From: Promethearchaeota archaeon
Lineage (GTDB): Archaea > Asgardarchaeota > Lokiarchaeia > Sigyniarchaeales > SOKP01
Assembly: GCA_016839745.1 (NCBI GenBank)
Contig: JAEOTS010000173.1
Span: 1 to 25,692, forward strand
Direction of reading: 5' to 3'
DNA length: 25,692 bases
A program made the position numbers and the translations under genes. Below, piece after piece: positions 1-9,479 of the stretch. The notes under the pieces were generated by a model. It was not told where the DNA came from and did not search any database. It saw nothing but the letters and a program-made list of their open reading frames with translations. How positions within the stretch are numbered: the first letter of the stretch is position 1; each line of letters opens with the position of its first letter.

Positions 1-770
1 TCTCTTGCGACTTTATTGCGATATTTATTGCATTTTGTTTTATTATAACCTTTTTCAGTAATCGCATTAGCAGGACAATTTTTGGCACATTCTCTACAAG
101 TAGCTTTAGCATAATATAAACAATTTGCATAAGGTTCATCACTTTTTCTCGGTGTAACTTCAAGCGGTGCATCTGTAATCACCGAAGCTAATCGAATATT
201 ACTCCCTAGATCAGTAATCAAGCCTTCATGTAATCCAAATGTCCCTAATCCCGCGGCAAAAGCAACATGGCTCTCAGACCAAGTAGAATAAAAATCTTTT
301 TTTGCAACCAAAGTATAAGCCTCGCTAAGTTTTCCAGAAATAGCGTTGTACCCTTTATTTTGTAAAAACTCAGTAGTTTGCTTCATTATATAATTTCTAA
401 AATCCTTAGCAAAATTCCTAGCAATAGAATAAATCTCTGCGGGTAATACCATTTTTGCTAATCTAATTGGAGTGATACTTTTCTTTCTAATCTCATCAGT
501 AAACGGGAATACTACAGAAATAATATAAAGATTTGATGCGGGTAATTGGTTTTGACCACTCGCTAACCACATTTCCAGGGGTGTATAATGTTCATATCCA
601 ACATTCTCTTTAAATTTTAAAAAGATCGGATCATTACCTTGAGCAACACCAATTAAAGGTTGTGAGAAAATTTTTCCGCCACCATATTTCTCGGGAAGGC
701 GGTTAAGTTCACTATTTTCAAATTTTTCTTTTAAATATTCTATTAATATATCTTTCAAGATTGATCTCAA
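1..770 (-). CDS. Epoxyqueuosine reductase (QueG)-like 4Fe-4S protein, 3' end truncated by the window edge
   Basis: Not in the ORF track because it has no stop inside the window. Manual translation from TTG at 770 (in-frame TAA at 782-780) is open to position 1. It contains WSESHVAFAAGLGTFGLHEGLITDLGSNIRLASVIT and a ferredoxin-type motif NCLYYAKATCRECAKNCPANAI. Confidence 0.8.
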   Translation of the reverse strand, partial: MRSILKDILIEYLKEKFENSELNRLPEKYGGGKIFSQPLIGVAQGNDPIFLKFKENVGYEHYTPLEMWLASGQNQLPASNLYIISVVFPFTDEIRKKSITPIRLAKMVLPAEIYSIARNFAKDFRNYIMKQTTEFLQNKGYNAISGKLSEAYTLVAKKDFYSTWSESHVAFAAGLGTFGLHEGLITDLGSNIRLASVITDAPLEVTPRKSDEPYANCLYYAKATCRECAKNCPANAITEKGYNKTKCNKYRNKVAR

Positions 771-993
771 TGTATTTTTTTATTTACTTTTGTACAATAT
801 CGTTAATTCATTATTTATTTCTTACTCTTAAAATAAAATAATTTTGATTAAAAATTGAAGATACTGTTAGTAAATCTCTCCCTTGATAAATGGGATTTAT
901 AATATTTTAACTAAAAATATCATTAACCAAAATGTATTTTTTTAATGTAAACTTATTTAGCATATATCCAAAATAAAATTATTCTGATTAGAA

Positions 994-1641
994 ATGGCAG
1001 ATAAAATTAATAATGAGCAAAGGCTAAATGGAAAAGTTCGACAAATTTTGTTCCAATCTATGGATGTGATATTGCAAAATCTTAAAGATAACATGGAACA
1101 CTTAGCTAAAACTAAACATTTCGAACATACCAGAAAATTCATAGACATGGTTTATGATGGATTAATAAAAAAGCGAAAATTTTTCCTATTAGCGAGTGGT
1201 CGTTCAGCTTTTATTCTACAATGCTTTGCCACTCGATTGGTTCATCTCGGTGCAGATGTCTATATGGTTACCAACCTTGGTTCTATACCGGCTCTCTCAA
1301 ATGAAGATATCTTAATAGTCCTTTCAGGATCAGGTACAACAGCAATCGTTGTAAGCCTTCTAAAAAACTATGTTAACACGGCAAAGCCATTTGGTATTAT
1401 TTCTATTACTTCTCACCCTGAAACTATAATAGGGAGAGTTGGGGATATTACCATAAAATTAAAGGGCCGAACCAAAAGAGACAAAGTTGATCTGCACGAC
1501 GATACAGCTATTCTAACTCCCGAAGGAACGATGTTCGAGATCGCAGCTTTTGTATATTTGGACGCAATTATAGCTGAATTAGCAATCAAAATGGGTAAGA
1601 CAAATGCTGATATGCTAAGAAAGCATTCTGAAACTATTTAA
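994..1641 (+). CDS. SIS-domain protein, 6-phospho-3-hexuloisomerase (Phi/HxlB)-like
   Basis: Motifs ASGRSAF..FATRLVHLG, DILIVLSGSGTT, ITSHPETIIG and PEGTMFE..A.VYLDAII match the Phi family. Confidence 0.8.
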   Translation: MADKINNEQRLNGKVRQILFQSMDVILQNLKDNMEHLAKTKHFEHTRKFIDMVYDGLIKKRKFFLLASGRSAFILQCFATRLVHLGADVYMVTNLGSIPALSNEDILIVLSGSGTTAIVVSLLKNYVNTAKPFGIISITSHPETIIGRVGDITIKLKGRTKRDKVDLHDDTAILTPEGTMFEIAAFVYLDAIIAELAIKMGKTNADMLRKHSETI

Positions 1642-1713
1642 ATTACTTTGTTTCGTTCTAATTTTTAATATTTTAACTTAAAACTATAAAAATTATTATT
1701 ACCTACAATCTTT

Positions 1714-1786
1714 GTGCCCATTATAGTGTATCTATGAGAGTAGTTTCATAACTAAATTTCTATGAATAGATATCTCCCATGGGCAC
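1714..1786. other. Long imperfect inverted repeat / candidate structured RNA between convergent genes
   Basis: Nested arms: GTGCCCAT (1714-1721)/ATGGGCAC (1779-1786), TATCTAT (1729-1735)/ATAGATA (1766-1772), and apical TAGTT-TCAT-AACTA (1741-1754). Confidence 0.55.
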
Positions 1787-1809
1787 GCTTTTATTTTATT
1801 TAGAAATTT

Positions 1810-2688
1810 TTATCCATTAGTGTTAAAATTAAGAGCACCAATTGCTCCAGCAAACTCCGATTTATCTAAAAACACCGGTTTTATTCTCTTGTATTTACAG
1901 AGTAATGAAAAAATTTGTTTTATTGGCTTATTTCCGATAAGAAAACCTCCACAAAAAATAATATGCTTTACTTCATGGTCCTTTGCCATTAGAGTAGCAA
2001 TTGTTCCGATATTTTCTCCAATACTTCCTATGAGTGATATAATTATATCTTCCTTTTTAGCAGACTTAACATCGCTATTCTTATTAATCTTACCTAATGC
2101 AGCTGCTGTGAATTCTCGAAATAATTTATCTACTCTATTATCTTCAATATCATAGATATCACCTACCTTTAAATCGACTTGATATCTATTTCCCTTACTA
2201 GCATAGCTAATTGCTTCTGAATAATCGGCAATGGATTCCTGGAAAAGTAATTTGATCAATCCCATGAAGAAGCCTCCTCCCATTGCAGAACCTCCTAAAT
2301 GTATAATACCATCCGTTTTCAATACTATAGATGTTCCAGTTCCTAACATAACTACAATTGAGGGTGGTAATGGCTTACTTTTATTGTATTCATACAGAAA
2401 CTCTACGCCCTCTATATTTGCATTAAATTCGTTGATTAAATTCGTCTCAAATTCATTAGAATATTTTTTATATAGAACAAAAGCTTTTCCCCCAGTGAAA
2501 TTCATCTTATTATATCGATCTTTATTGAGTTCTATAAATTCGTTTATTTCACTAAAGTCAGAGCTTGTTGGGTACACCATAAGGATAATTTCGTTCCCTT
2601 TCAAATAGGCAATCTTCGTAAGACTCTGACCAATATCTATCCCTACAGTTTCAGTGGGGATTTTAACATTCGTATTTTTTAACTGCAT
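1810..2688 (-). CDS. Type II (CoaW/eukaryotic PanK-like) pantothenate kinase
   Basis: Motifs GIDIGQSLTK, FTGGKA, NEFNA..EG, GTGTSI, GGSAMGGG, GNRYQVDLKVGDIY, ENIG and FAGAIGAL. The ATG at 2688 is preferred over the track's TTG at 2736. Confidence 0.85.
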   Translation of the reverse strand: MQLKNTNVKIPTETVGIDIGQSLTKIAYLKGNEIILMVYPTSSDFSEINEFIELNKDRYNKMNFTGGKAFVLYKKYSNEFETNLINEFNANIEGVEFLYEYNKSKPLPPSIVVMLGTGTSIVLKTDGIIHLGGSAMGGGFFMGLIKLLFQESIADYSEAISYASKGNRYQVDLKVGDIYDIEDNRVDKLFREFTAAALGKINKNSDVKSAKKEDIIISLIGSIGENIGTIATLMAKDHEVKHIIFCGGFLIGNKPIKQIFSLLCKYKRIKPVFLDKSEFAGAIGALNFNTNG

Positions 2689-2774
2689 TTTAACTGTATT
2701 TTGCTCCGAAATTCTAATCAACTCGATATATTTCAATAAAGATTTATTTGATCCTTTAATTTTAATATTTTGTA

Positions 2775-4193
2775 ATGAATGAGAACTCTAAAGTAAATAA
2801 TACTGAAGTTGCCGTAATTAAAAGTACTAGCCCAAGTAATTTAATAACCACTGGAATAGAAAAACTAGGTGGAATCTCAGCATTTATAGAAAAAGGAGAT
2901 CAAGTTTTCATTAAAATTAATCTAAGTGTGCCTAACGGATTTCCTGTCAATGTTAACTTTGATTCGCTCCGAGATCTTATTATTCTATGCAAAAATGCGG
3001 GAGCAAAACAAATTTTCATTGGTAGTTTCCCAGATAATGGAGTTAATACTCAATCGATTGCAAATATTTTAGGGATCCAGTCCTATTTAGAAAACCTTGG
3101 AGCAGAACTATTATTTTTAGAGGATCAAAATAACTGTCCTTTAATAGATCATGAAATAAAGGATAAGATCATAAAAATTCCAAGGGTAATACTTGAATCA
3201 GATAAATTAATAATATTTAACCAAGTGAGTGTGGATCCGCTTTTTAAGATTACATTATCTCTACTGAATTCATGTTCTCTGGTGCCTAACAGATATCAAA
3301 GAATTGAAAAAGTAATAAGGAGTGGAAAGGATTATTTACTTTTGGATCAATTCAAACAAGATTTGATTTCAAACATCCTTGATATTTATAGCATCAAAAA
3401 ACCGGATTTAGTTATTAACGATATGTTTTATTTTTTAGAAGGAGCAGGTCCTTTTGTATACAGAGATTCTAATCTAATAACCACGGGCTTAGGTATTATT
3501 GGACGAGACGCAGTAGCAGTAGATTTAATCACTTTGAAATTGTTTGGTATAGATTTATTGAGCAGCGACATTCTTTTAGAAGCAAGAAATAGAAAGTTAG
3601 GAGTTACTGAAGCATCAAATATTACAATTATTGGCGATAGTATCGAAAACATCAATTTGAAAGTACGTTTTTCTGTTTATAGGTTAGATGATATTAAAAT
3701 AAAAAATACGACCATTAAAGCAGGGCGAATTTGCTCTGGATGTTTTAAAGAAGCCTATCATTTATTGAACTATGTAAATACTCACATGACAAAGGATTTA
3801 AAGTACATTAAAAAGCAATATTTTTTGACGGGGGAAAATCCTCCAGAACCCGAATCTTTAGATCATATCATCGTCTTTGGAGAATGTGCGATAAACAGTA
3901 CAAAAAATAGAGCGTTTAGACATGTACGAACATCTAGTAATAGAAACTACATGGAGGATGTTAAAGGAAAAATAAGAAAAGATTACAAATCTCAAAAAAC
4001 TCCAAAAATTAAAGAAAAAATTAACAAAAATATTATCGAAATTCCAGGATGTCCTCCAAATTTATATGAAAGTATATTTTCTATTCAGAAATATTATGGG
4101 AAATCTAAAACACCGAATTTGTCTTTTTATAATAATCTAATAAAAACATATTATGAACAGAATTCGAAACCTAAAGTAAAACCTGGTGATTAA
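2775..4193 (+). CDS. DUF362-domain Fe-S protein
   Basis: The N-terminus LGGISAFIEKGDQVFIKIN and the later PDLVIND/EGAGP/DAVAVD are typical of DUF362. The C-terminal Cys motifs are CSGC, GECA and IPGCPP. Confidence 0.75.
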   Translation: MNENSKVNNTEVAVIKSTSPSNLITTGIEKLGGISAFIEKGDQVFIKINLSVPNGFPVNVNFDSLRDLIILCKNAGAKQIFIGSFPDNGVNTQSIANILGIQSYLENLGAELLFLEDQNNCPLIDHEIKDKIIKIPRVILESDKLIIFNQVSVDPLFKITLSLLNSCSLVPNRYQRIEKVIRSGKDYLLLDQFKQDLISNILDIYSIKKPDLVINDMFYFLEGAGPFVYRDSNLITTGLGIIGRDAVAVDLITLKLFGIDLLSSDILLEARNRKLGVTEASNITIIGDSIENINLKVRFSVYRLDDIKIKNTTIKAGRICSGCFKEAYHLLNYVNTHMTKDLKYIKKQYFLTGENPPEPESLDHIIVFGECAINSTKNRAFRHVRTSSNRNYMEDVKGKIRKDYKSQKTPKIKEKINKNIIEIPGCPPNLYESIFSIQKYYGKSKTPNLSFYNNLIKTYYEQNSKPKVKPGD

Positions 4194-4195
4194 CA

Positions 4196-5752
4196 ATGAT
4201 AAATAAATACTTCAAGGAAAACTGGCTAAAAATCGTTAAGTTTAACTCTAAAGTAAATTTAGTTGAGAATCCAAAAGAGTTGAAAGAATCAGTAAGAATT
4301 CCTGTAACTCCATTTGAAATTGATGCTTTCCTTTTATATCACCTTTTTGATCTTTTGTACCCCCGATTTGTAAACGACCAACAAAATATTCTTGATATTA
4401 TTGTCTCAGATTTCGAGCTTGACAACATTGTATTTGGGCTTTATTTATATGAAACGACTAAGCCCGGAATACACAGCGCTATTAAAGAACTACCAAAAGA
4501 TTCAATTGTTGTTAAACAAGAAGATTTAGATGATAAGGATGAAATATTTAATAGACTACAAGCTTTTATTCTGAAAGAGATTGGTATTAAAATCTCGTGT
4601 ATGAGATTAATAAGAAAAAGAGGAGTCGATTTATTAAATAGTCATTGCGAAAAGTTAAATAAATTAACCAGCTTCGAATTTTTTATAAGTCTACTAGATG
4701 TAATTCAAATTTCTCTTGAGAATGATTTATTTTCAATCTATCCAGAACCTAATTTTTTAAGATTTAATAAAAACTTTCTTACTTTTCTCAATGGGCTACA
4801 ATTATCTAAGGTTTTTACATTTTTATATGGTTTAATACCGTCGTTTAGCACTTTAATATTAATGAATTCCACCCGTTTACCAATTGCCCTAATATTTAAA
4901 AAAGAGAAAAATAAAACACATGACTCTGTATTAAATATCAATTTAACACTGTTAGAGAGCGAAAAATATAAATTGAATAGTAAAACTCATAAAGCAGATT
5001 TCAGTCTTATTCAATCGGATTTCGGTGTTGATAAAATAATAAACTTAAATCAAAATCCATTTCTCATTTTCTTAACGGAATTATTTGAAACAGAATTACC
5101 TCCTAACAAGGAAAAGTTAAAATTACTGTTTCAAAAGGTTTTATATGGAATTAGAGCTTACGATCTTAATTGGAGCATGTTTCCCAAGCCAAAGATAAAT
5201 AATTTTTTGCTGAGATTTCTAATTCGGCTTTTTGGAATAGATATAAATCTAAAAAAACTCTCTCATTGGGCAATACCCGACTTTTTATTCGATCTAAGTG
5301 CTACATATATAGGATTGAATGCAAATCTTTTGTTGGTTTTGACTGATAAAATTGAAAATAGCTCAAAACAAACTTCAACCGAATTAATCCTCTTTAGAAT
5401 TGAAAATGGTTCTATAAAAAAACTCGACTATATTAAAAACCAAGATTTAATTACTAAAACCAATCAACAATCGCTTGAATCAGTAAGATTAATTATATCT
5501 GAACAGTTTGGTTTCATTTCAAATGTTTTAATGGTGGATAAGCAACTAATTAAAACAATCCTGAACACATTTCTCATTGACTTTCATAAAATATCAATAT
5601 TTTCACTCTTAAAAGTGATTAAATTACTGAAAAATCCTCGGTATTTTCAATTATATCCTGAAATACCTCCCTATAATTTGTTTAAAAAGAAAAAAAGTAT
5701 CTTATTTCTGAAAGATTTGTTGTCGATTATTATAGATAAGCACGAGTTTTAA
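4196..5752 (+). CDS. Hypothetical protein, 518 aa, probably co-transcribed with the DUF362 gene
   Basis: Long ORF starting after a 2-nt gap from the upstream stop. No recognisable motif. Confidence 0.7.
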   Translation: MINKYFKENWLKIVKFNSKVNLVENPKELKESVRIPVTPFEIDAFLLYHLFDLLYPRFVNDQQNILDIIVSDFELDNIVFGLYLYETTKPGIHSAIKELPKDSIVVKQEDLDDKDEIFNRLQAFILKEIGIKISCMRLIRKRGVDLLNSHCEKLNKLTSFEFFISLLDVIQISLENDLFSIYPEPNFLRFNKNFLTFLNGLQLSKVFTFLYGLIPSFSTLILMNSTRLPIALIFKKEKNKTHDSVLNINLTLLESEKYKLNSKTHKADFSLIQSDFGVDKIINLNQNPFLIFLTELFETELPPNKEKLKLLFQKVLYGIRAYDLNWSMFPKPKINNFLLRFLIRLFGIDINLKKLSHWAIPDFLFDLSATYIGLNANLLLVLTDKIENSSKQTSTELILFRIENGSIKKLDYIKNQDLITKTNQQSLESVRLIISEQFGFISNVLMVDKQLIKTILNTFLIDFHKISIFSLLKVIKLLKNPRYFQLYPEIPPYNLFKKKKSILFLKDLLSIIIDKHEF

Positions 5753-5761
5753 ATTAAACAA

Positions 5762-6856
5762 TTAATTCAAATAGCCTTTTGTTTTTAATAATTCTGCGTT
5801 TAATATAGCGCCTCCTGCAGCACCCCTAATTGTATTATGACTTAACGCTACGAATTTGTAATCAAAAACATTATCCTTTCTTAATCGACCAATAGTAACT
5901 GCCATTCCCTTATCATTGTCCCTATCTTTATTTGGTTGGGGTCTATCAACATTTTCTAAGTAAATGATTGGTTGTATAGGCGCAAACGGTAAATCTAATT
6001 CTTGGGGGATTGATTTGAATTCGCTCCAAATTTTTATAATATCTTCTTTGCTCGGAATTTTATTTTTAAACTTAATATTTACACATGCGGTATGACCGTC
6101 CGAAACTGGAACTCTTGTACATGTTGCACTTATTTTTATTGAATCGTCGTTGATTATTCCTTTTTCTCCAACCTTTCCTAAAATTTTTAAAGGTTCTTGT
6201 TCAGATTTTTCTTCTTCACCACCTATATATGGAACAATATTATCCACAATATCTAAAGAGGGTACTCCTGGATATCCCGCTCCAGAAACAGCTTGGAGCG
6301 TGGTGACAATCATTTTTTCGATTTTATATCCTTTCTGTTCAAGGGCATAAATTGGGGTCATGTAACTCTGAATAGAACAATTAGGTTTGACCGTAACAAA
6401 CCCTTGTGAGAATCCTCTGTTTTTTTGCTGAATAGAAATTATATCTAAGTGATTATGGTTGATTTCAGGAATAATCATTGGTACATCTGGAGTCCATCGG
6501 TTCGCTGAACTATTGCTTATGACGGGGATACCTTTTTCGGCATATTTGAATTCGATCGCTTTTGTTTCTTCTTTTTTTGGTAAATCCATCGCTGAAAATA
6601 CGAAACTTATATTAGATTTAAGAGATGCAAAATCTTGGACATCTCTTACAATTAAACCTCTTATCTTTTCAGGGATCTCTATTGACATCTGCCATTTTCC
6701 CTTAACAGCTTCAGCATAAGACTTACCTGCGGAACGAGGTGATGCTGCAACATCAATAATTTCAAACCATGGATGGCCTACCAAAAGATTAATATAATTT
6801 TGTCCAACGATCCCCGTTGCTCCCAAAATTCCAATTTTTATTTTTTCCGAAGACAT
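5762..6856 (-). CDS. asd: Aspartate-semialdehyde dehydrogenase (archaeal/fungal type)
   Basis: Rossmann motif GILGATGIVGQ, catalytic KPNCS, QAVSGAGYPGV, TRVPVSDGH and HNTIRGAAG. Confidence 0.95.
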   Translation of the reverse strand: MSSEKIKIGILGATGIVGQNYINLLVGHPWFEIIDVAASPRSAGKSYAEAVKGKWQMSIEIPEKIRGLIVRDVQDFASLKSNISFVFSAMDLPKKEETKAIEFKYAEKGIPVISNSSANRWTPDVPMIIPEINHNHLDIISIQQKNRGFSQGFVTVKPNCSIQSYMTPIYALEQKGYKIEKMIVTTLQAVSGAGYPGVPSLDIVDNIVPYIGGEEEKSEQEPLKILGKVGEKGIINDDSIKISATCTRVPVSDGHTACVNIKFKNKIPSKEDIIKIWSEFKSIPQELDLPFAPIQPIIYLENVDRPQPNKDRDNDKGMAVTIGRLRKDNVFDYKFVALSHNTIRGAAGGAILNAELLKTKGYLN

Positions 6857-6970
6857 ATTAATTTGAGTTTATATTATATTTTTAACCTCTTTAATGAGTA
6901 ATTATTGAATAATTTTATTATATTGTTTTAGTTAAATTACAATATTAAGTAAAAGTCAGATGTGTAAACC

Positions 6971-8323
6971 ATGCTAAATCGAGAGAGTGAATTAATGAAA
7001 GAAGCAGAGGAATTAGAAAATCAATCAAAAATTGCAATCAGAGATAAAAATTACGGTTTAGCGATCCAAACTTTAATGAAAGCAAAGGATAATTACACAA
7101 AAGTTGGATTAACTGGACAAGTTTCAATAATAATAAAAGAAATTGTTAGACTAAAAAATTTAGCGCGGGATGGGAATGTTTCATTAGCTCTGCCCAAGGA
7201 AAGGAAAAGCGTTCCTGAGGAACGCTCTCAATTTAAAATAAGTCTGGATAAAATAAAGGAAACTAAATCTGAAGACACATCAATATCTGAAGCGAATGGA
7301 TACCAAATTTTAGAAAATGCTAGAAATCTTGCTCTTGAAGATAAATACGACGAAGCTACGAAACTTTATAACGAAGCTTATAGCATCTTCAAACATCTTG
7401 AATATGATTATGAATGTAAACAAATTTTACTGCAAATAAATGATATTAGAGATTATCAGAGATGGGCACAATTACGAAAATCTAAAGGAATTCAACTCAA
7501 TTTAAGAGATATTGTGGCCTTGGCTTCTGCCGAAAGAAGGCGCCAAAAAATACAAAAAGGTTTAGGAGTAAAAAAAGCTCCTATAGAAATTGCTGGAGCT
7601 AAGTTAAAAAAACCAAGTGAACCAGTGAAAACTTCTCGTAAATTGTTTGAGCAAATGAAGGTGAGCGAGCAAAGGGAAGAACAACTAAAAGAACAAACAT
7701 ACTCAAATATTATGGAGCAACAGGAGCAAAGAAAAATTAAAATGAAAGAGAAACAAGATAAAATTCAAAAATTACGAGAGAGGAGAAAACAAGAAGATGA
7801 GTTAATTAGTAAAGGGCAGGAAATCTTAGAAAGGGGTAACCAAAAACTTAAGCAGAAAGAATACGAAGAGGCTAAAAACTTATATAATCAAGCAATTGGA
7901 TTATTTACTCAGATTGGTTGGTACGATCAAATAACAATTTTGAAAAAAGAATTGCATAATATTGATTATTATAAAAAAGAAGAAGAATTGAAACTAAAGA
8001 AAGCTTCATATGGTAAGATTAAAGAAGAACAAGACTTTCAAAAGAGAGTTTCAGATGTTTTAAATGAAAAACAAAAATATCAAGCAAAACAACAAGAAAG
8101 ACGAAAAGCGCTACCTCCCGAAATAAAAAGCAAGCTAGAGAAGGTGGAATTAGTTCGCGTTAAAGCAGAGAAAGAAGAAAGTATGAATAAATTCTCTAGA
8201 GTTTTAGCAAGGTACCAGTATATCCTTTCGTTGTATAATTCTATTCCTAAAGATATCATTGATTTGTCTGAGCAAATCTCAAATGTAGAACAGAAGATTA
8301 TAGATTTAAAAGCGAAATTGTAA
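6971..8323 (+). CDS. TPR/MIT-like helical-repeat and coiled-coil protein
   Basis: Four similar helical-hairpin modules (AIRDKNYGLAIQTLMKA, LALEDKYDEATKLYNEA, KLKQKEYEEAKNLYNQA, EESMNKFSRVLARYQY) separated by E/K/Q-rich coiled-coil linkers. Confidence 0.65.
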   Translation: MLNRESELMKEAEELENQSKIAIRDKNYGLAIQTLMKAKDNYTKVGLTGQVSIIIKEIVRLKNLARDGNVSLALPKERKSVPEERSQFKISLDKIKETKSEDTSISEANGYQILENARNLALEDKYDEATKLYNEAYSIFKHLEYDYECKQILLQINDIRDYQRWAQLRKSKGIQLNLRDIVALASAERRRQKIQKGLGVKKAPIEIAGAKLKKPSEPVKTSRKLFEQMKVSEQREEQLKEQTYSNIMEQQEQRKIKMKEKQDKIQKLRERRKQEDELISKGQEILERGNQKLKQKEYEEAKNLYNQAIGLFTQIGWYDQITILKKELHNIDYYKKEEELKLKKASYGKIKEEQDFQKRVSDVLNEKQKYQAKQQERRKALPPEIKSKLEKVELVRVKAEKEESMNKFSRVLARYQYILSLYNSIPKDIIDLSEQISNVEQKIIDLKAKL

Positions 8324-8371
8324 TATTTTACGCTTCTTTTTTATAATTAATAAAAATAATTTTGATATTGC

Positions 8372-9412
8372 ATGAAGAATCCATTTTTGTCTTTTTCTCA
8401 CGTGCCCAATTCTAAAGAACTTTTAGATATAACGTTCAAAAGAGCTATGAAAAGTAGTGCCAAGGTCTCAAAGAACGCTCCTATTCTGTTAAAGGCAAAA
8501 AAAAAGGAATTCAAAAGAATTAAAGTAGCTATCGAGGAGTTAGTCGAAAGAATTTTAAATATCATTAAAAAAGTGCCAATAATTGACGATCTACCTGATT
8601 TTTATAAAGAACTAGCCTCATTATTGGTAGATGTTGACGAACTAAAATTAACTCTTGGCAGGCTTAACGGAATTTTACCGATACTACACAAAATAGAACG
8701 GGAACATTCAAAAAAACTAAGCCAGATCGAAGCTCCAAAGGACGCCGATCGAATAAGAAGGTCAGCATTTGGAAGAATCTCTTCAATAATCAATAAGCAA
8801 AATAAAAATCTAGAGTATTTAAATAGTGTCAGAGGAAGATTAAAGGAAATTCCATCAATTGATGACACATTACATTGTATTGTAGTAGCGGGATATCCTA
8901 ATGTAGGTAAAAGTAGCTTCGTAAAACAACTTTCAACTAACAAAAAAATTGAAGTTCAAGAATACCCGTTTACAACCAAAAAGCTGATAATGGGGCATTT
9001 TGATATCGAAAGGCGATTTGATAAAATCAAACTACAATTTCTAGATACACCGGGAATTTTAGATCGTCCTATGTCTAAAAGGAATAATATTGAATTGCAA
9101 GCAATATTAGCTTTACGATTAATTTCAGATTTGATCTTTTTTTTATTTGATCCAACTCCCGCTTGTGGTTATTCTATTGATTCTCAATTAGATCTTTATC
9201 ACGAAATTAAAGACAATTTCACCAGGGAAGGTAAAATTGAAATTGTAATAATTTTTAATAAAATGGATTTAGCCAGCGAAAATGAAATTAATTACCTTAG
9301 AGATCAATTAAAACTCAAGGAAAATGATTATTTTCTAATCAATGCTCTTTCTGGAGAAAACTTAGAGTTGTTAAAGGAATATTTAACGAAACGCTACAGC
9401 AATAACCAATAG
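8372..9412 (+). CDS. NOG1-family GTP-binding protein (OBG class)
   Basis: G1 GYPNVGKS, G2 YPFTT, G3 DTPGILDRP, RNNIELQAILAL and G4 NKMD, with an N-terminal helical NOG1 domain. Confidence 0.92.
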   Translation: MKNPFLSFSHVPNSKELLDITFKRAMKSSAKVSKNAPILLKAKKKEFKRIKVAIEELVERILNIIKKVPIIDDLPDFYKELASLLVDVDELKLTLGRLNGILPILHKIEREHSKKLSQIEAPKDADRIRRSAFGRISSIINKQNKNLEYLNSVRGRLKEIPSIDDTLHCIVVAGYPNVGKSSFVKQLSTNKKIEVQEYPFTTKKLIMGHFDIERRFDKIKLQFLDTPGILDRPMSKRNNIELQAILALRLISDLIFFLFDPTPACGYSIDSQLDLYHEIKDNFTREGKIEIVIIFNKMDLASENEINYLRDQLKLKENDYFLINALSGENLELLKEYLTKRYSNNQ

Positions 9413-9479
9413 AAATAATAATCTTTGTGAAATTTTTCTAACTAGAAATTTTTATATGTCTTTCTAAAGAAAAGTAATT

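Noticed and set aside
1714-1786. A third SECIS in the SIS-panK intergenic stem-loop
   Set aside because: It contains ATGA, but I could not build the AUGA/GA core with an adjacent helix as in the selD elements, and neither flanking gene shows an in-frame TGA.
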